From: an uncultured Candidatus Actinomarina sp.
Lineage (GTDB): Bacteria; Actinomycetota; Acidimicrobiia; Actinomarinales; Actinomarinaceae
NCBI GenBank assembly: GCA_902627635.1
Contig: CACOKA010000001.1
Span: forward strand, 34,778-98,777
Reading direction: 5' to 3'
Length of the DNA stretch: 64,000 nt
Made by a program: the position numbers and the translations under genes
The notes under the pieces: model-generated
Seen by the model: only the letters and a program-made list of their open reading frames with translations
Told to the model about the DNA's origin: nothing
Databases searched by the model: none
Part shown: piece by piece, positions 1-10,444 of the stretch
How positions within the stretch are numbered: position 1 is the first letter of the stretch
Layout: each line of letters starts with the position of its first letter

Positions 1-2
1 TT

Positions 3-428
3 GTAGCCTCAATTGCAGAAGTAAATAGAGCTCCATTTGATCTTGTGGAAGCAGAACAAGAATTGGTTGGAGGTTTTCATACTGAGTATTCTGGATTTAG
101 ATTTGCTATGTTTTTTTTAGCTGAATATATAAATATGTTTAATATGTGTGCGATCACAGCTACGTTCTTTTTAGGCGGGTGGTTGGGTCCAACTTTTGAG
201 GGAGTTTTACCCCAATTTTTATCTGCACTTATGCCAACTATTTGGCTTGGCGTAAAGACCTTTGGATTATTATTTGTTTATTTTTGGATCAGGGCAACAT
301 TGCCTAGATTAAGATATGACCAACTAATGGAGTTAGGATGGAAAAGACTTATTCCTATCTCCCTCATATGGCTAATGCTTTCTGCAATTGTTCTTGGCAT
401 TAGAGATTTTGGATTACCTTGGAGTTAA
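3..428 (+). CDS. nuoH: NADH-quinone oxidoreductase subunit H, copy 1 (5'-truncated by window edge)
   Basis: Frame is open from base 3: AEVNRAPFDLVEAEQELVGGFHTEYSG...RATLPRLRYDQLM, NuoH motifs. Confidence 0.97.
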   Translation, partial: VASIAEVNRAPFDLVEAEQELVGGFHTEYSGFRFAMFFLAEYINMFNMCAITATFFLGGWLGPTFEGVLPQFLSALMPTIWLGVKTFGLLFVYFWIRATLPRLRYDQLMELGWKRLIPISLIWLMLSAIVLGIRDFGLPWS

Positions 429-435
429 TAGGATA

Positions 436-1050
436 ATGAGCGCAGGATATGATTTAATAAAAGGTTTAAAGGTTACCTTTAAAGAATTATTTAAAAAATC
501 TGTAACTGATAAATACCCAAAAGAGTTTAGAAAAAAACCACAAAGATTTCACGGAAGACATGTGCTTAATAAATATGAAGATGGAATGGAAAAATGTATT
601 GGTTGTGAGTTATGTGCTGGTGTATGTCCTGCACAATGCATATACGTAAGAGGAGAGGATAACCCCGAAGAACAACCAATTAGTCCAGGTGAGAGATATG
701 GGTTCATTTATGAAATTAATATGCTTAGATGTATTTATTGTGCATTATGTGTTGAAGCATGTCCAACAGAAGCTATCACAATGACTTCGTTGTTTGAAAT
801 GAGTGTTGGATCCCGTGATGAAGCAGTTTTTGATAAAGATGTTTTACTAGTCGGTGATGATGGCGTCCCCAATACTCACGAAAAACAGACATTATTAACT
901 AACTTTAATGAATTAAAAACTTCAGATGGGTGGATGAGAGCAACCTCATCAAATGGTAATCCCAATTATCAAAATACAGTAAGCTGGACAGGGTCATTAG
1001 GAGTTGGAAAAAGAGATCCGGAAAAAGGTCAATTTTTAGAGGAAGAATAG
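436..1050 (+). CDS. nuoI: NADH-quinone oxidoreductase subunit I, copy 1
   Basis: Two 4Fe-4S motifs (CIGCELCAGVCP, CIYCALCVEACP); ATG at 436 after GGAG preferred over the track start at 388. Confidence 0.96.
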   Translation: MSAGYDLIKGLKVTFKELFKKSVTDKYPKEFRKKPQRFHGRHVLNKYEDGMEKCIGCELCAGVCPAQCIYVRGEDNPEEQPISPGERYGFIYEINMLRCIYCALCVEACPTEAITMTSLFEMSVGSRDEAVFDKDVLLVGDDGVPNTHEKQTLLTNFNELKTSDGWMRATSSNGNPNYQNTVSWTGSLGVGKRDPEKGQFLEEE

Positions 1051-1051
1051 A

Positions 1052-1579
1052 TTGATAGAATTACTACTTTTTGCGATACCTGCATCATTGTTAATTTTAG
1101 GAGCATTAATTGTAGTTTTTGCAAAAAACCCAGTTCATAATGCAATGGGATTGGTATTGACATTAACTTCACTTGCAATCTTATACATAACTCTCAATGC
1201 AACTTTCGTAGCGATGGTCCAAATGTTAGTTTATGCTGGTGCTGTCATGACGTTGTTTCTTTTTGTAATCATGATGATTGGTGTTGATAAACCCGAGCAA
1301 ACTAAAGAACAAATTAAAGGACAAAAGTTATTAATTTCTGGAACGTTAATTTTATTAGTTTCAATAGTCGTCTTTATTAGCTTACAAAATGGATTGAATT
1401 GGAATTTATTATTTCCACAATCAGAAATTTCACTTGAGGGAACACCTGCAATACTCGCCTCAGCTCTATTCACTTCTTGGGTATTTCCCTTTGAAGTAAT
1501 ATCTATTTTATTAATTGTCGCTACAACTGCAGCTATAGCGTTAGCCTACGAATTTAAACAAAGTAGTGACAATGATTGA
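1052..1579 (+). CDS. nuoJ: NADH-quinone oxidoreductase subunit J, copy 1
   Basis: [16 protein letters not shown] motif; operon position. Confidence 0.95.
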   Translation: MIELLLFAIPASLLILGALIVVFAKNPVHNAMGLVLTLTSLAILYITLNATFVAMVQMLVYAGAVMTLFLFVIMMIGVDKPEQTKEQIKGQKLLISGTLILLVSIVVFISLQNGLNWNLLFPQSEISLEGTPAILASALFTSWVFPFEVISILLIVATTAAIALAYEFKQSSDND

Positions 1580-1880
1580 AGTAACCTCTGATTGGTATCT
1601 AACACTTTCAGCAATCCTTTTTTCTATAGGCTTTTTAGGAATGATGGTAAGAAAAAATGCATTGATAATGTTTATGTGTATTGAGCTCATGCTAAATGCT
1701 GTTAATTTAACTTTTATTACAGCGTCGAAGCATCTTGGATCTGTCGATGGACAGATCGCAGTATTTTTTGTTCTTGTTGTTGCAGCTGCAGAGGTAGTGG
1801 TAGGTCTGGCAATTATTGTTTCTATATTTAAAAAGCAAGAATCAGCGTCAGTCGATATGTTAAGTTCCTCGAAGGGATAG
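1566..1880 (+). CDS. nuoK: NADH-quinone oxidoreductase subunit K, copy 1
   Basis: [10 protein letters not shown] and [11 protein letters not shown] motifs; start could be the ATG at 1572. Confidence 0.96.
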   Translation: MTMIEVTSDWYLTLSAILFSIGFLGMMVRKNALIMFMCIELMLNAVNLTFITASKHLGSVDGQIAVFFVLVVAAAEVVVGLAIIVSIFKKQESASVDMLSSSKG

Positions 1881-1882
1881 TT

Positions 1883-3772
1883 TTGAGTATTTTAATATTA
1901 GGCGTAATTCTCATTCCTTTTCTTACGTCATTGTTCTTAAAAGTTATTGGTAAATTTTTAAATGAATTACTTACAAATTTTATAACTTTAAATGCTGCGA
2001 TGCTTTCGTTAGCAACGTCATTTTTTTTGTTTGGTTATATTTTTTTTGATAAATTCAAACCATTAAAATTTGAAGTATTTCAATGGTTTCCTAATCCAGA
2101 AATAAATTTTGAATTTTATTTAGACGGGCTTTCAGGAGTTATGATGGTTTTGATTTGTGGTCTTAGTCTTGTGATACAGTTGTTCTCAACCTCTTATATG
2201 AGTAAAGATGAAAATTACACAAAATATTTTGAATATTTTAATTTTTTTGTTTTTTCAATGTTACTTCTTGTCCTGTCGGGAAATTTCTTAGTTATGTTTT
2301 TTGGTTGGGAGCTTGTAGGTCTAAGTTCTTATCTCTTAATTTCATTTTGGTCTGAGAAGAAATCAGCTGCTAAAGCTGGTAATAAAGCATTTATTTTGAA
2401 TAGAATCGGGGATTTTGGTTTCCTTATAGGTCTAATGATGATAATCAGCGAATTTCAAACTTTTAACTTTTTAAGCATTTTTGAATCAACATTGGAAACT
2501 AAACCTGAAAATCTTGATGTAATGATTGTATTTTTACTTTTAGGAGCTTTTGGAAAATCTGCTCAATTCCCTTTATTTAGCTGGTTACCAGACGCAATGG
2601 AAGGACCAACACCTGCAAGTGCATTAATTCATGCGGCGACAATGGTTACAGCTGGAGTATTTATGCTTGTAAGAATTTCCCCAATTTTACAATTTTCAGA
2701 ACTTGGTAGCTTGATAATAATCAGTATGGGTCTTTTAACTGCTTTAATTGCAGCTTTTGCTGCAATAAATCAAAAAGATATAAAAAAAGTTTTAGCATAC
2801 TCAACTATTTCTCAGCTTGGATTCATGTTTATAGCTATTGGATCTGGAGCATACGTCGCAGCAATATTTCATCTTGTTACCCACGCATTTTTTAAAGCAC
2901 TTTTATTTTTAGGAGCAGGGGCAGTCATTCATGAAATGCATCATGAGCAAAATATATACAAAATGGGGGGATTAAGAAAGAAAATGCCAATCACAGCTGC
3001 AATGATGGGAATAGGCACACTAGCTATATCCGGAATTCCTCCTTTGGCAGGATTTTGGTCAAAAGATGAAATACTCGCATCAGTGTTTTCTAAAGGAGGC
3101 ATTTACTATGGATTTTGGGCTTTATCCCTATTAGCTGCATTTATGACAGCCTTTTACATGGGAAGACATTGGTTATTGATATTTGTGAAAGAACCAACTA
3201 GTGATATTGAAAATATACATGAAGCTCCAAAAAATATGACAAGACCATTAATTTTGCTTGGAATATTTTCTGTATTTATAGGGTTTATTAATACACCTTT
3301 TTTTCATGGATTAGAAAAAGTTTTATATGAGACACTTCAAAGTGTAGAAGTAACTCATCTTCCAGAGGGTATCACTTTGGCAATATTGGCTGTGTTATCA
3401 ATTGGTGCTGGTTTTTCTGGTCTTGGGCTTGCCTACTTAATTTATATATTTGATATTTTTTCTTATTTCAAAATTAAGCTCCCATTTTTAAGTGAAATTA
3501 AGCTTTTATCAAAAGAAGTTCTTTTCTTAGACAAAGTTGGTAATGCAATATTTGTCAGGGGCTTAAAAACTTTATCAAGGAAAGTAGCCGTTACAGTCGA
3601 TAACATGACTATCGATGGAATTGTAAACGGAGTCGCAAAGTCTTTTTATAGGTCTTCTCAGCAGATTTCTTTAGTTCAAACAGGATTAGTAAGAAACTAT
3701 GTTGTTTACTTTGGTCTTTTTATGTTGGTACTCATAGTTGTATATCTATTTTCACCAGGAGTATTAATTTGA
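1883..3772 (+). CDS. nuoL: NADH-quinone oxidoreductase subunit L, copy 1
   Basis: GKSAQFPLFSWLPDAMEGPTPASALIHAATMVTAG motif. Confidence 0.97.
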   Translation: MSILILGVILIPFLTSLFLKVIGKFLNELLTNFITLNAAMLSLATSFFLFGYIFFDKFKPLKFEVFQWFPNPEINFEFYLDGLSGVMMVLICGLSLVIQLFSTSYMSKDENYTKYFEYFNFFVFSMLLLVLSGNFLVMFFGWELVGLSSYLLISFWSEKKSAAKAGNKAFILNRIGDFGFLIGLMMIISEFQTFNFLSIFESTLETKPENLDVMIVFLLLGAFGKSAQFPLFSWLPDAMEGPTPASALIHAATMVTAGVFMLVRISPILQFSELGSLIIISMGLLTALIAAFAAINQKDIKKVLAYSTISQLGFMFIAIGSGAYVAAIFHLVTHAFFKALLFLGAGAVIHEMHHEQNIYKMGGLRKKMPITAAMMGIGTLAISGIPPLAGFWSKDEILASVFSKGGIYYGFWALSLLAAFMTAFYMGRHWLLIFVKEPTSDIENIHEAPKNMTRPLILLGIFSVFIGFINTPFFHGLEKVLYETLQSVEVTHLPEGITLAILAVLSIGAGFSGLGLAYLIYIFDIFSYFKIKLPFLSEIKLLSKEVLFLDKVGNAIFVRGLKTLSRKVAVTVDNMTIDGIVNGVAKSFYRSSQQISLVQTGLVRNYVVYFGLFMLVLIVVYLFSPGVLI

Positions 3773-5259
3773 TAAGTTTAGCTTATAGTTTTATTCTCCT
3801 TCCTATTATAAATTCAGCCTTTATTTTTTTGGTTCCAAAAAGAAGAGGAGAGCTATTTAGACCCTTAAGCATTTTTCTTAGTTTAATTCCACTAGGCCTC
3901 TGTCTTTATATGTTTATTAATCAAGACCTAAAGACAAGCTTTGTTGTAGTAGATTCAATATCTTGGATCTCTGCCTACGGAATAGATTTAATAATTGGAT
4001 TTTCTGGAATGTCTTTTCTATTAATTTCATTGAATTGTTTATTAGTACTTTTATCAATTCTTTCTGTAAACCAAGACCATGGTTCGAGCAAAGGATTTCT
4101 TGGATCAATCATGTTACTTCAGGGTTCAGTAAATGGGGTATTTTTAGCAGGTGATTTAATCTCCTTATTTATATTTTTTGAGGCATTGTTGATACCTATG
4201 TATTTTCTAATGGGTATATGGGGTGGTGAAAATAAAAGGTATGCAACAATTAAATTTATCTTATATACAGTTTTTGGCTCTATTTTTATATTGGCCGGTA
4301 CAATATACACGGGTGTTTTAAGTTTCCAATCGTCTGGAACATTCGCACTTGACTTTGATTCAATTGCTAATATTTCAATGACCTCAAATCAATCTAAAGT
4401 ATTATTTTTATTATTCACTTTTGGGTTTCTAATAAAAGTTCCTCTTTTTCCACTTCATACATGGCTACCGGATGCACACGTTGAGGCGCCAACTGCTGGA
4501 AGTATCCTTCTTGCCGGTGTACTTTTAAAAGTTGGAGCTTATGGAATATTAAGGGTGTCAATCCCTTTCTTCACTGAGGGTTTTTTGGAATATCAATTTT
4601 TGATTGCTTTCTTATCTGTATTTGGAATAATTTATGGAGCGATTGTTGCAATTGTTCAGATTGATATTAAAAAATTAATTGCCTATTCCTCAATTAGTCA
4701 TATGGGATTTGTGATGCTAGGAATATCAGCAGGTAGATATTTAAGTCTTGAGGGAGCAGTTATACAAATGATAAATCATGGTATTACATCAGGTGCATTA
4801 TTTATGCTCGTAGGATTTCTGTATGACCGAAGGCATACAAGAAGAATTTCAGATTTTGGTGGTCTTAAAAAATCTATGCCACTTTATGCTGGAATATTTT
4901 TGTTTACTTCATTTGCTTCAATTGGACTTCCTGGACTAAATGGTTTTGTTGGAGAATTTATGATCTTAATGGGAAGCTTTCCAAGTTTTAAGATTCTTTC
5001 TTCAATTGCCGCTTTTGGAGTGGTACTTGCAGCCATTTATATGTTGTGGGCATATCAAAGAATATTTAATGGACAATTAGATAATGACGAAAATGCAGTT
5101 TTGACTGATCTTAATTCCAAAGAACTAGTTGCTGTCGTGCCACTTCTTATATTAATGCTATTTATAGGGGTTTATCCGAGTTTTGTTGAGAGCTATATAG
5201 TAAATGATGTATCAATTATCTATGATGCAATCAATAGTTTATCTGGAGTCTTAGAATGA
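3769..5259 (+). CDS. nuoM: NADH-quinone oxidoreductase subunit M, copy 1
   Basis: KVPLFPLHTWLPDAHVEAPTAGS motif. Confidence 0.97.
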   Translation: MISLAYSFILLPIINSAFIFLVPKRRGELFRPLSIFLSLIPLGLCLYMFINQDLKTSFVVVDSISWISAYGIDLIIGFSGMSFLLISLNCLLVLLSILSVNQDHGSSKGFLGSIMLLQGSVNGVFLAGDLISLFIFFEALLIPMYFLMGIWGGENKRYATIKFILYTVFGSIFILAGTIYTGVLSFQSSGTFALDFDSIANISMTSNQSKVLFLLFTFGFLIKVPLFPLHTWLPDAHVEAPTAGSILLAGVLLKVGAYGILRVSIPFFTEGFLEYQFLIAFLSVFGIIYGAIVAIVQIDIKKLIAYSSISHMGFVMLGISAGRYLSLEGAVIQMINHGITSGALFMLVGFLYDRRHTRRISDFGGLKKSMPLYAGIFLFTSFASIGLPGLNGFVGEFMILMGSFPSFKILSSIAAFGVVLAAIYMLWAYQRIFNGQLDNDENAVLTDLNSKELVAVVPLLILMLFIGVYPSFVESYIVNDVSIIYDAINSLSGVLE

Positions 5260-6728
5260 GAGCTATTGCTGATGCTATTGGATTTAATTTAGTTGTTATT
5301 TCTCCGACAATTACTCTTGTACTAACAGCATTAATCTTGTTATTTTTTACTATCACAATTGAATCAAATGAAAAAGTTAAACAAGTAATAACTTTTTCTG
5401 GTGTAGTTTCAACAATATTTTGTGTATTTCTAAAATTTGGTCTATTTCTTCAAAACGGTGTTAGTTCTTATTTTTCTAAAAAAATTCTATTAGACGAATT
5501 TTCTCTTTTTGGTAATGTTCTGATTGGACTCATTTTACTTTTTAACATACTACCAATTTGGGATTCCTCGTCTCAGCTGAGGGAGAAAACAACAGAAGCA
5601 ATTATTCTAACACTAATGAGCACCTCAGGATTTATGCTTATGGTAGATTCAGAGAACTTAATAATGCTTTTCATTGGTCTTGAGATAGGATCAATTAGTC
5701 TTTATGCACTTGCAGGTTTGAATCGAGTAGATAAATTAAGCAACGAAGCATCTTTAAAATACTTTTTATTAGGATCTCTTGCATCTTGTATATTTATTTA
5801 TGGCGTTTCTTTAGTGTATGTCTCATTTTCTGTACTTAGTGTATATGACTTTGCCACCGGAGTCGGATTTGTTGGGGCAGATTCGGTGCCATTGACAACT
5901 AAATTAGGTGTAATTCTTATTTTTATTGGGCTATTATTCAAGATTGCTGCAGCCCCTTTTCAGTCATGGGCACCAGATGTTTATCAAGGATCACCAACTG
6001 GATATGTTGGTTATATGGCTTCAATAGCTAAAGCCTCGGCATTTATTGTAATTGCTAGATTGTGTCAAGTTTCATTAAGATTTATGCCAAATGAATTTGA
6101 TTCGTTTTTTCTACTAGTTGTAATACTTTCTGTAATAATTGGATCTTTTTTTGCTTCTGTACAAGACGATTTAAAAAGACTCTTAGCTTATAGTGGAGTG
6201 GTCCAGTCTGGTTTTATTCTTTCAGGGATAGTATCTGGAATCAATGGAACGAGTGCTTCAATGTTTTATCTTTTTGCTTACATCATCCAATTAATTGGAA
6301 TTTTTGTAATTTTTTCAATCATCAATGGAAAAATGTCATCTAATTTCAACATTCAAGATATACAGGGACTAATAATTAACAATAAATTCCTCGCAGTTAC
6401 ATTTTGTACTTTTATGCTTGGTTTGGCTGGTATTCCACTAACTAGCGGATTTGTTTCAAAATTTATTTTATTAACTAATTTATGGGCGTATCAAAAATAT
6501 CTCTTAGTTTCCATTCTTCTTCTGTCAACAGTTGCTGGATTTTATTTCTATTTGAAACCAATCTGGATTGCAACAATTGAAAAAACAGAGACACCAGTTC
6601 AGAATTTCAAAATAAAAAGATCTGAATATTTATTAATTAGCTCATTAGCAACAATGACAATATTTTTTGGCCTTGTTCCAAGCTCTTTAATTAATATTTC
6701 AAGATGGGTTGTCCAGAGTTATCTATGA
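5256..6728 (+). CDS. nuoN: NADH-quinone oxidoreductase subunit N, copy 1
   Basis: EASLKYFLLG and FKIAAAPFQSWAPDVYQGSP motifs. Confidence 0.97.
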   Translation: MRAIADAIGFNLVVISPTITLVLTALILLFFTITIESNEKVKQVITFSGVVSTIFCVFLKFGLFLQNGVSSYFSKKILLDEFSLFGNVLIGLILLFNILPIWDSSSQLREKTTEAIILTLMSTSGFMLMVDSENLIMLFIGLEIGSISLYALAGLNRVDKLSNEASLKYFLLGSLASCIFIYGVSLVYVSFSVLSVYDFATGVGFVGADSVPLTTKLGVILIFIGLLFKIAAAPFQSWAPDVYQGSPTGYVGYMASIAKASAFIVIARLCQVSLRFMPNEFDSFFLLVVILSVIIGSFFASVQDDLKRLLAYSGVVQSGFILSGIVSGINGTSASMFYLFAYIIQLIGIFVIFSIINGKMSSNFNIQDIQGLIINNKFLAVTFCTFMLGLAGIPLTSGFVSKFILLTNLWAYQKYLLVSILLLSTVAGFYFYLKPIWIATIEKTETPVQNFKIKRSEYLLISSLATMTIFFGLVPSSLINISRWVVQSYL

Positions 6729-6865
6729 ACCTAATTTTTACAAACAGCCCACCAGTTTTTCATCATCAAGGCGGATGGGATGAAATGCTTATGTTTTTGA
6801 TTCCAGCTCTTTTACTTACATGGCTAAGAAAAAAACAAAATTCTGACGATATTGAAAATGATTGA
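6725..6865 (+). CDS. Unannotated 46-aa single-pass membrane peptide (HQGGWDE motif)
   Basis: Hand-translated MNLIFTNSPPVFHHQGGWDEMLMFLIPALLLTWLRKKQNSDDIEND; ATGA overlap with the nuoN stop; hydrophobic stretch followed by RKK; fills the intergenic gap. Confidence 0.7.
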   Translation: MNLIFTNSPPVFHHQGGWDEMLMFLIPALLLTWLRKKQNSDDIEND

Positions 6866-6884
6866 TATAAAATATAAATAAATC

Positions 6885-7604
6885 ATGATTGAAATTAAAA
6901 ACCTAACAATGAAATACAAAAATGGTAAAGGCGTATCAGATATTAGTATTTCCGTTGATAATGGTGAAGTAAAAGGCTTACTTGGTCCTAATGGTGCAGG
7001 AAAATCAACGACGATGAGAAGTTTAATGGGTTTTTTAAAACCCTCAGAAGGCGCTCTTTCAGTAGAGGGAATTAATACAATTGAAAATCCTGTTGAAGCC
7101 AAAAAAATAATTGGATATTTACCTGGAGATCCCCAACTTCCACAAAATCTCAGTCCTAAATCATTGTTTAAACTTGGAGCTGACATGAGAGGTCAAACAA
7201 CTGAATATGCAATGGAATTAGCAGAGAAATTCGAACTTGAAGTAGATCAATCTTTAAAAGAATTATCTAAAGGAAACAGACAAAAAGTTGCGATAATCTT
7301 AGCTGTTCAGCATAAACCGAAGGCTTTAATTTTAGACGAGCCAACTTCTGGTTTAGACCCATTCCATCAAAGGTCATTTTTTGAAATAATTGAAGAATTT
7401 TCAAATAGTGGCGCATCAATACTGTTATCATCCCATATAATCTCTGAAGTTGAAAAAGTTGCTAAGTCAATGGCGGTTTTGAGAGATGGAGCCAAAGTTT
7501 ATGATGAAACTTATGAAACATTTTTAAATAAGGCACAAGAAGATGGTAAAGATTTAGAAGATGCTTTCTTTTCGTTTTATGACAGAAAGGAATCAAATGC
7601 TTAA
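6885..7604 (+). CDS. ABC-2 type exporter ATP-binding protein
   Basis: Walker A GPNGAGKST, signature LSKGNRQK, Walker B LILDEPTSGLD. Confidence 0.93.
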   Translation: MIEIKNLTMKYKNGKGVSDISISVDNGEVKGLLGPNGAGKSTTMRSLMGFLKPSEGALSVEGINTIENPVEAKKIIGYLPGDPQLPQNLSPKSLFKLGADMRGQTTEYAMELAEKFELEVDQSLKELSKGNRQKVAIILAVQHKPKALILDEPTSGLDPFHQRSFFEIIEEFSNSGASILLSSHIISEVEKVAKSMAVLRDGAKVYDETYETFLNKAQEDGKDLEDAFFSFYDRKESNA

Positions 7605-8421
7605 TTATTTAAAATATATGATCACTGTACCAAGAAAATTCATCTTAAATTGGGCAATATCAGGAGGAGTGTATCTATTGATACTTCCATTAGCTTTTGC
7701 AAATTCAAGCGTAGAGAGTCTTCTTATCGATACACAGAGAGAAGCTTTTAGAGGCATGTCTGAGAATGATACGGTCATGAATTTGCTCGGCATACAAGAC
7801 TGGGATAATGTTTTTACTCTAGAAGGAATGGTAACAACTTATTTTCTAGTTCCATTCGTACCTCTTTTAATTGGTACAGCTACGATCATACTTTTAAATA
7901 AATTAGGTTCAAAAGCTGAAGAAGATGGAACGTTTGAATTTGTTGCAGCATTACCAATGACAAGATCAACTGTTTATTTATCACAAGCAATTCTTACAAT
8001 CCTTTTTGGTTTATTTGTTACTTTTGCATGGACAAACATAATGTTTATTCCAATAGCAACTATGGAACTTAGCCAGACACTTGACTACGCTCCTTTAATG
8101 AAAGCAACATTACAAGCTGCATTAGCTGGTGTTAGTTTTGGAGCATTAGGATTTGCTCTTGGAACTTTTACAGGTAAGTCCTCAATGGCATGGGCTTTTG
8201 GAGGCGGCTTAATGGCATTTGAATATTTAACAAACTCATTAGCTGGGACAAATGATTTCTTTCAATGGTTTGATGACAATCTCTCATCGTTTGGAGCATA
8301 CGGAAATCCTTATCAAGATGGATTAATTGGTGAAGATATATTTCTTGTAATTGGAAAAACTTTAATATTTTTGGCAATTGGATTTATTGGATTTAGAAAT
8401 AGGTCGTTAAATCTTCGATAA
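7597..8421 (+). CDS. ABC-2 type exporter permease
   Basis: Multi-TM protein with EEDGTFEFVAALPMTRS loop; overlaps the ATPase gene; ATG at 7597 after AAGGA. Confidence 0.85.
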   Translation: MLNYLKYMITVPRKFILNWAISGGVYLLILPLAFANSSVESLLIDTQREAFRGMSENDTVMNLLGIQDWDNVFTLEGMVTTYFLVPFVPLLIGTATIILLNKLGSKAEEDGTFEFVAALPMTRSTVYLSQAILTILFGLFVTFAWTNIMFIPIATMELSQTLDYAPLMKATLQAALAGVSFGALGFALGTFTGKSSMAWAFGGGLMAFEYLTNSLAGTNDFFQWFDDNLSSFGAYGNPYQDGLIGEDIFLVIGKTLIFLAIGFIGFRNRSLNLR

Positions 8422-8461
8422 ATTTTTACATACTAAACTTCCAATAGCTTAAAATAAAAAC

Positions 8462-8893
8462 ATGCCAATTTATTCAAGAACAATTACTGTAAAAGGAGAT
8501 ATTGAGTCTGCTTTCAATTTTGTTGCCGATTTTAGAAATCTTGATCAATGGGACACAGCTAGTACAGCTGAGCTAATTACTAATGAGCCAATTAGAGAAG
8601 GATCTATATTTAAAGCAAAAACATCTTTTAATGATAGAGAAATGATTATCGATTACGAGGTAATTGAATGGGGTGCACCATTGAGAGCCTCATTAAAAGC
8701 AGATACTAAAAACTTTACGCTAATCGATACAATATTTTTATCTGCAAACTCAAGAGGAACTGAACTTACTTATTCTGTGAACGTAAAATATAAAGGGATT
8801 TTTATGATAATTGGATTATTTTTTGGACCTATATGGACAAAGTTAATGAATACACAAATCAAAAACCTTGAGGCAGTTCTTGGTCCGGCCTAA
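8462..8893 (+). CDS. SRPBCC/polyketide cyclase (START-like) family protein
   Basis: AFNFVADFRNLDQWD N-terminal pattern, GTELTY strand and C-terminal helix. Confidence 0.8.
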   Translation: MPIYSRTITVKGDIESAFNFVADFRNLDQWDTASTAELITNEPIREGSIFKAKTSFNDREMIIDYEVIEWGAPLRASLKADTKNFTLIDTIFLSANSRGTELTYSVNVKYKGIFMIIGLFFGPIWTKLMNTQIKNLEAVLGPA

Positions 8894-9410
8894 ATTACTT
8901 TTTTTATTAGTATTTCTTCTTACAATAAGCTGTCAACCAAGCGAGAATATGTATATGAGTGGAAAAATTAATGAATTTCCTTCAATTGAAGGAAACAATT
9001 TAAATAAAGAAAAAAAAGTTGTTCCAGACGATTTTGTAGATAAAGATTTAATAATTATTGTTGCCTTTCAACAATGGCATCAAGGCTTAGTTGACCAATC
9101 AATCAATCTTCTAGAAAATAATGAAATGGATTTAACTCACAATATTATTGAAGTTCCAACAATTAGAAAAACAAATAAGTTAAACGAAATATATTTAGAT
9201 GGTGTAATGAGAGCTGGCATTAGAGACGATAGAATTAGAAATCGCACGATAACTGCTTATTTAAATAAAGAAGAATTTAAGGAAGATCTTGATATACCAA
9301 ACGAAGAAACAATTTATTGGTTTTTAATAGAAGAAGGAACTAGCAAAATATTGATTCAAGGTGAGGGTATTATCACTGAGAAAGAATTAGAACTAATTCA
9401 ATCTTATTAA
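8868..9410 (+). CDS. Hypothetical lipoprotein, possibly thioredoxin-like fold
   Basis: Hydrophobic N-terminus with lipobox-like LTISC; start uncertain. Confidence 0.55.
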   Translation: MRQFLVRPKLLFLLVFLLTISCQPSENMYMSGKINEFPSIEGNNLNKEKKVVPDDFVDKDLIIIVAFQQWHQGLVDQSINLLENNEMDLTHNIIEVPTIRKTNKLNEIYLDGVMRAGIRDDRIRNRTITAYLNKEEFKEDLDIPNEETIYWFLIEEGTSKILIQGEGIITEKELELIQSY

Positions 9411-9787
9411 ATATTAATTGTTGCCAAGTAAACAACTAATAAAGCACCTAATAACATTACCCCATTCAACATACCTCTTAAAGCAGAACTTAACTTTGAA
9501 GCAAAGCTATGAAGCCCTATAACTATTCCTGCAACAATAAGAACTAATAATTCAGTTCCCCATGTTGATATATCATTGTCAATGACTAGAAAAATTCCTA
9601 CACCGCTTAATAAAGATAAAGAATAAGAGCTCCAAGAAAGAGTGCTAAATGTTTTTCTTAAGGTATTAGTAGTATTTTTTGTTGGATCAATTTTGTATAA
9701 TTTTGGTGCAAACATTGCCCACATTACCATTGAACCTAACCATAAAGAGAGTCCAACCATGTGAGAAAATTTTAAAATATTTTCCAT
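9407..9787 (-). CDS. Hypothetical 4-TM membrane protein (CopD/DUF4149-like)
   Basis: HMVGLSLWLGSM helix and four hydrophobic segments. Confidence 0.6.
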   Translation of the reverse strand: MENILKFSHMVGLSLWLGSMVMWAMFAPKLYKIDPTKNTTNTLRKTFSTLSWSSYSLSLLSGVGIFLVIDNDISTWGTELLVLIVAGIVIGLHSFASKLSSALRGMLNGVMLLGALLVVYLATINI

Positions 9788-9839
9788 ATTTATATCTTAC
9801 AAAAGAATAAAGATAAAAATAAAAAGGTAATATAAAAAT

Positions 9840-10442
9840 ATGGCAAAACTTTATTTTTATTACGCTGCAATGAATGCTGGAAAAAGTACAAATCTTCTTC
9901 AATCAGCTCATAACTACGAAGAAAGAAATATGAAAACATTAATTTTTACTCCTAAATTAGATGATCGATTCGGAGAAGGCAAAGTAACATCAAGAATCGG
10001 TCTAGAAAGAGATGTTGAGAGATTTGAGGGTGAGGATGATTTATATGTTTGGACCGCACATGAGCATCAAAGAGAAAAAGTTTCATGCATTTTAGTTGAT
10101 GAAGCCCAGTTCTTAACACCAAAGCAAGTATTACAGTTGTCTCTTGTAGTTGATAAATTGAATATACCCGTTCTATGTTATGGTTTAAGAACTGATTTCA
10201 GGGGAGAGCCATTTCCCGGTAGTATCTATCTTCTTGGGTGGGCAGATGAGTTAATTGAACTCAAAACTATTTGTAAATCAGGAAAGAAAGCAACTTTTAA
10301 CGCTCGTCTCGATGAAAATGGAAATAGAGTAACTGAAGGTGATCAAATCTCTATTGGTTTAAATTATGAAGCTCAGGCTAGAGATGTTTTTGAGTTAGAT
10401 AAAGTTTCACCTATCGATTATCAAATTCCTGAAGCTAATTAA
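9840..10442 (+). CDS. tdk: Thymidine kinase
   Basis: AMNAGKST P-loop, [19 protein letters not shown]. Confidence 0.96.
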   Translation: MAKLYFYYAAMNAGKSTNLLQSAHNYEERNMKTLIFTPKLDDRFGEGKVTSRIGLERDVERFEGEDDLYVWTAHEHQREKVSCILVDEAQFLTPKQVLQLSLVVDKLNIPVLCYGLRTDFRGEPFPGSIYLLGWADELIELKTICKSGKKATFNARLDENGNRVTEGDQISIGLNYEAQARDVFELDKVSPIDYQIPEAN

Positions 10443-10444
10443 AA

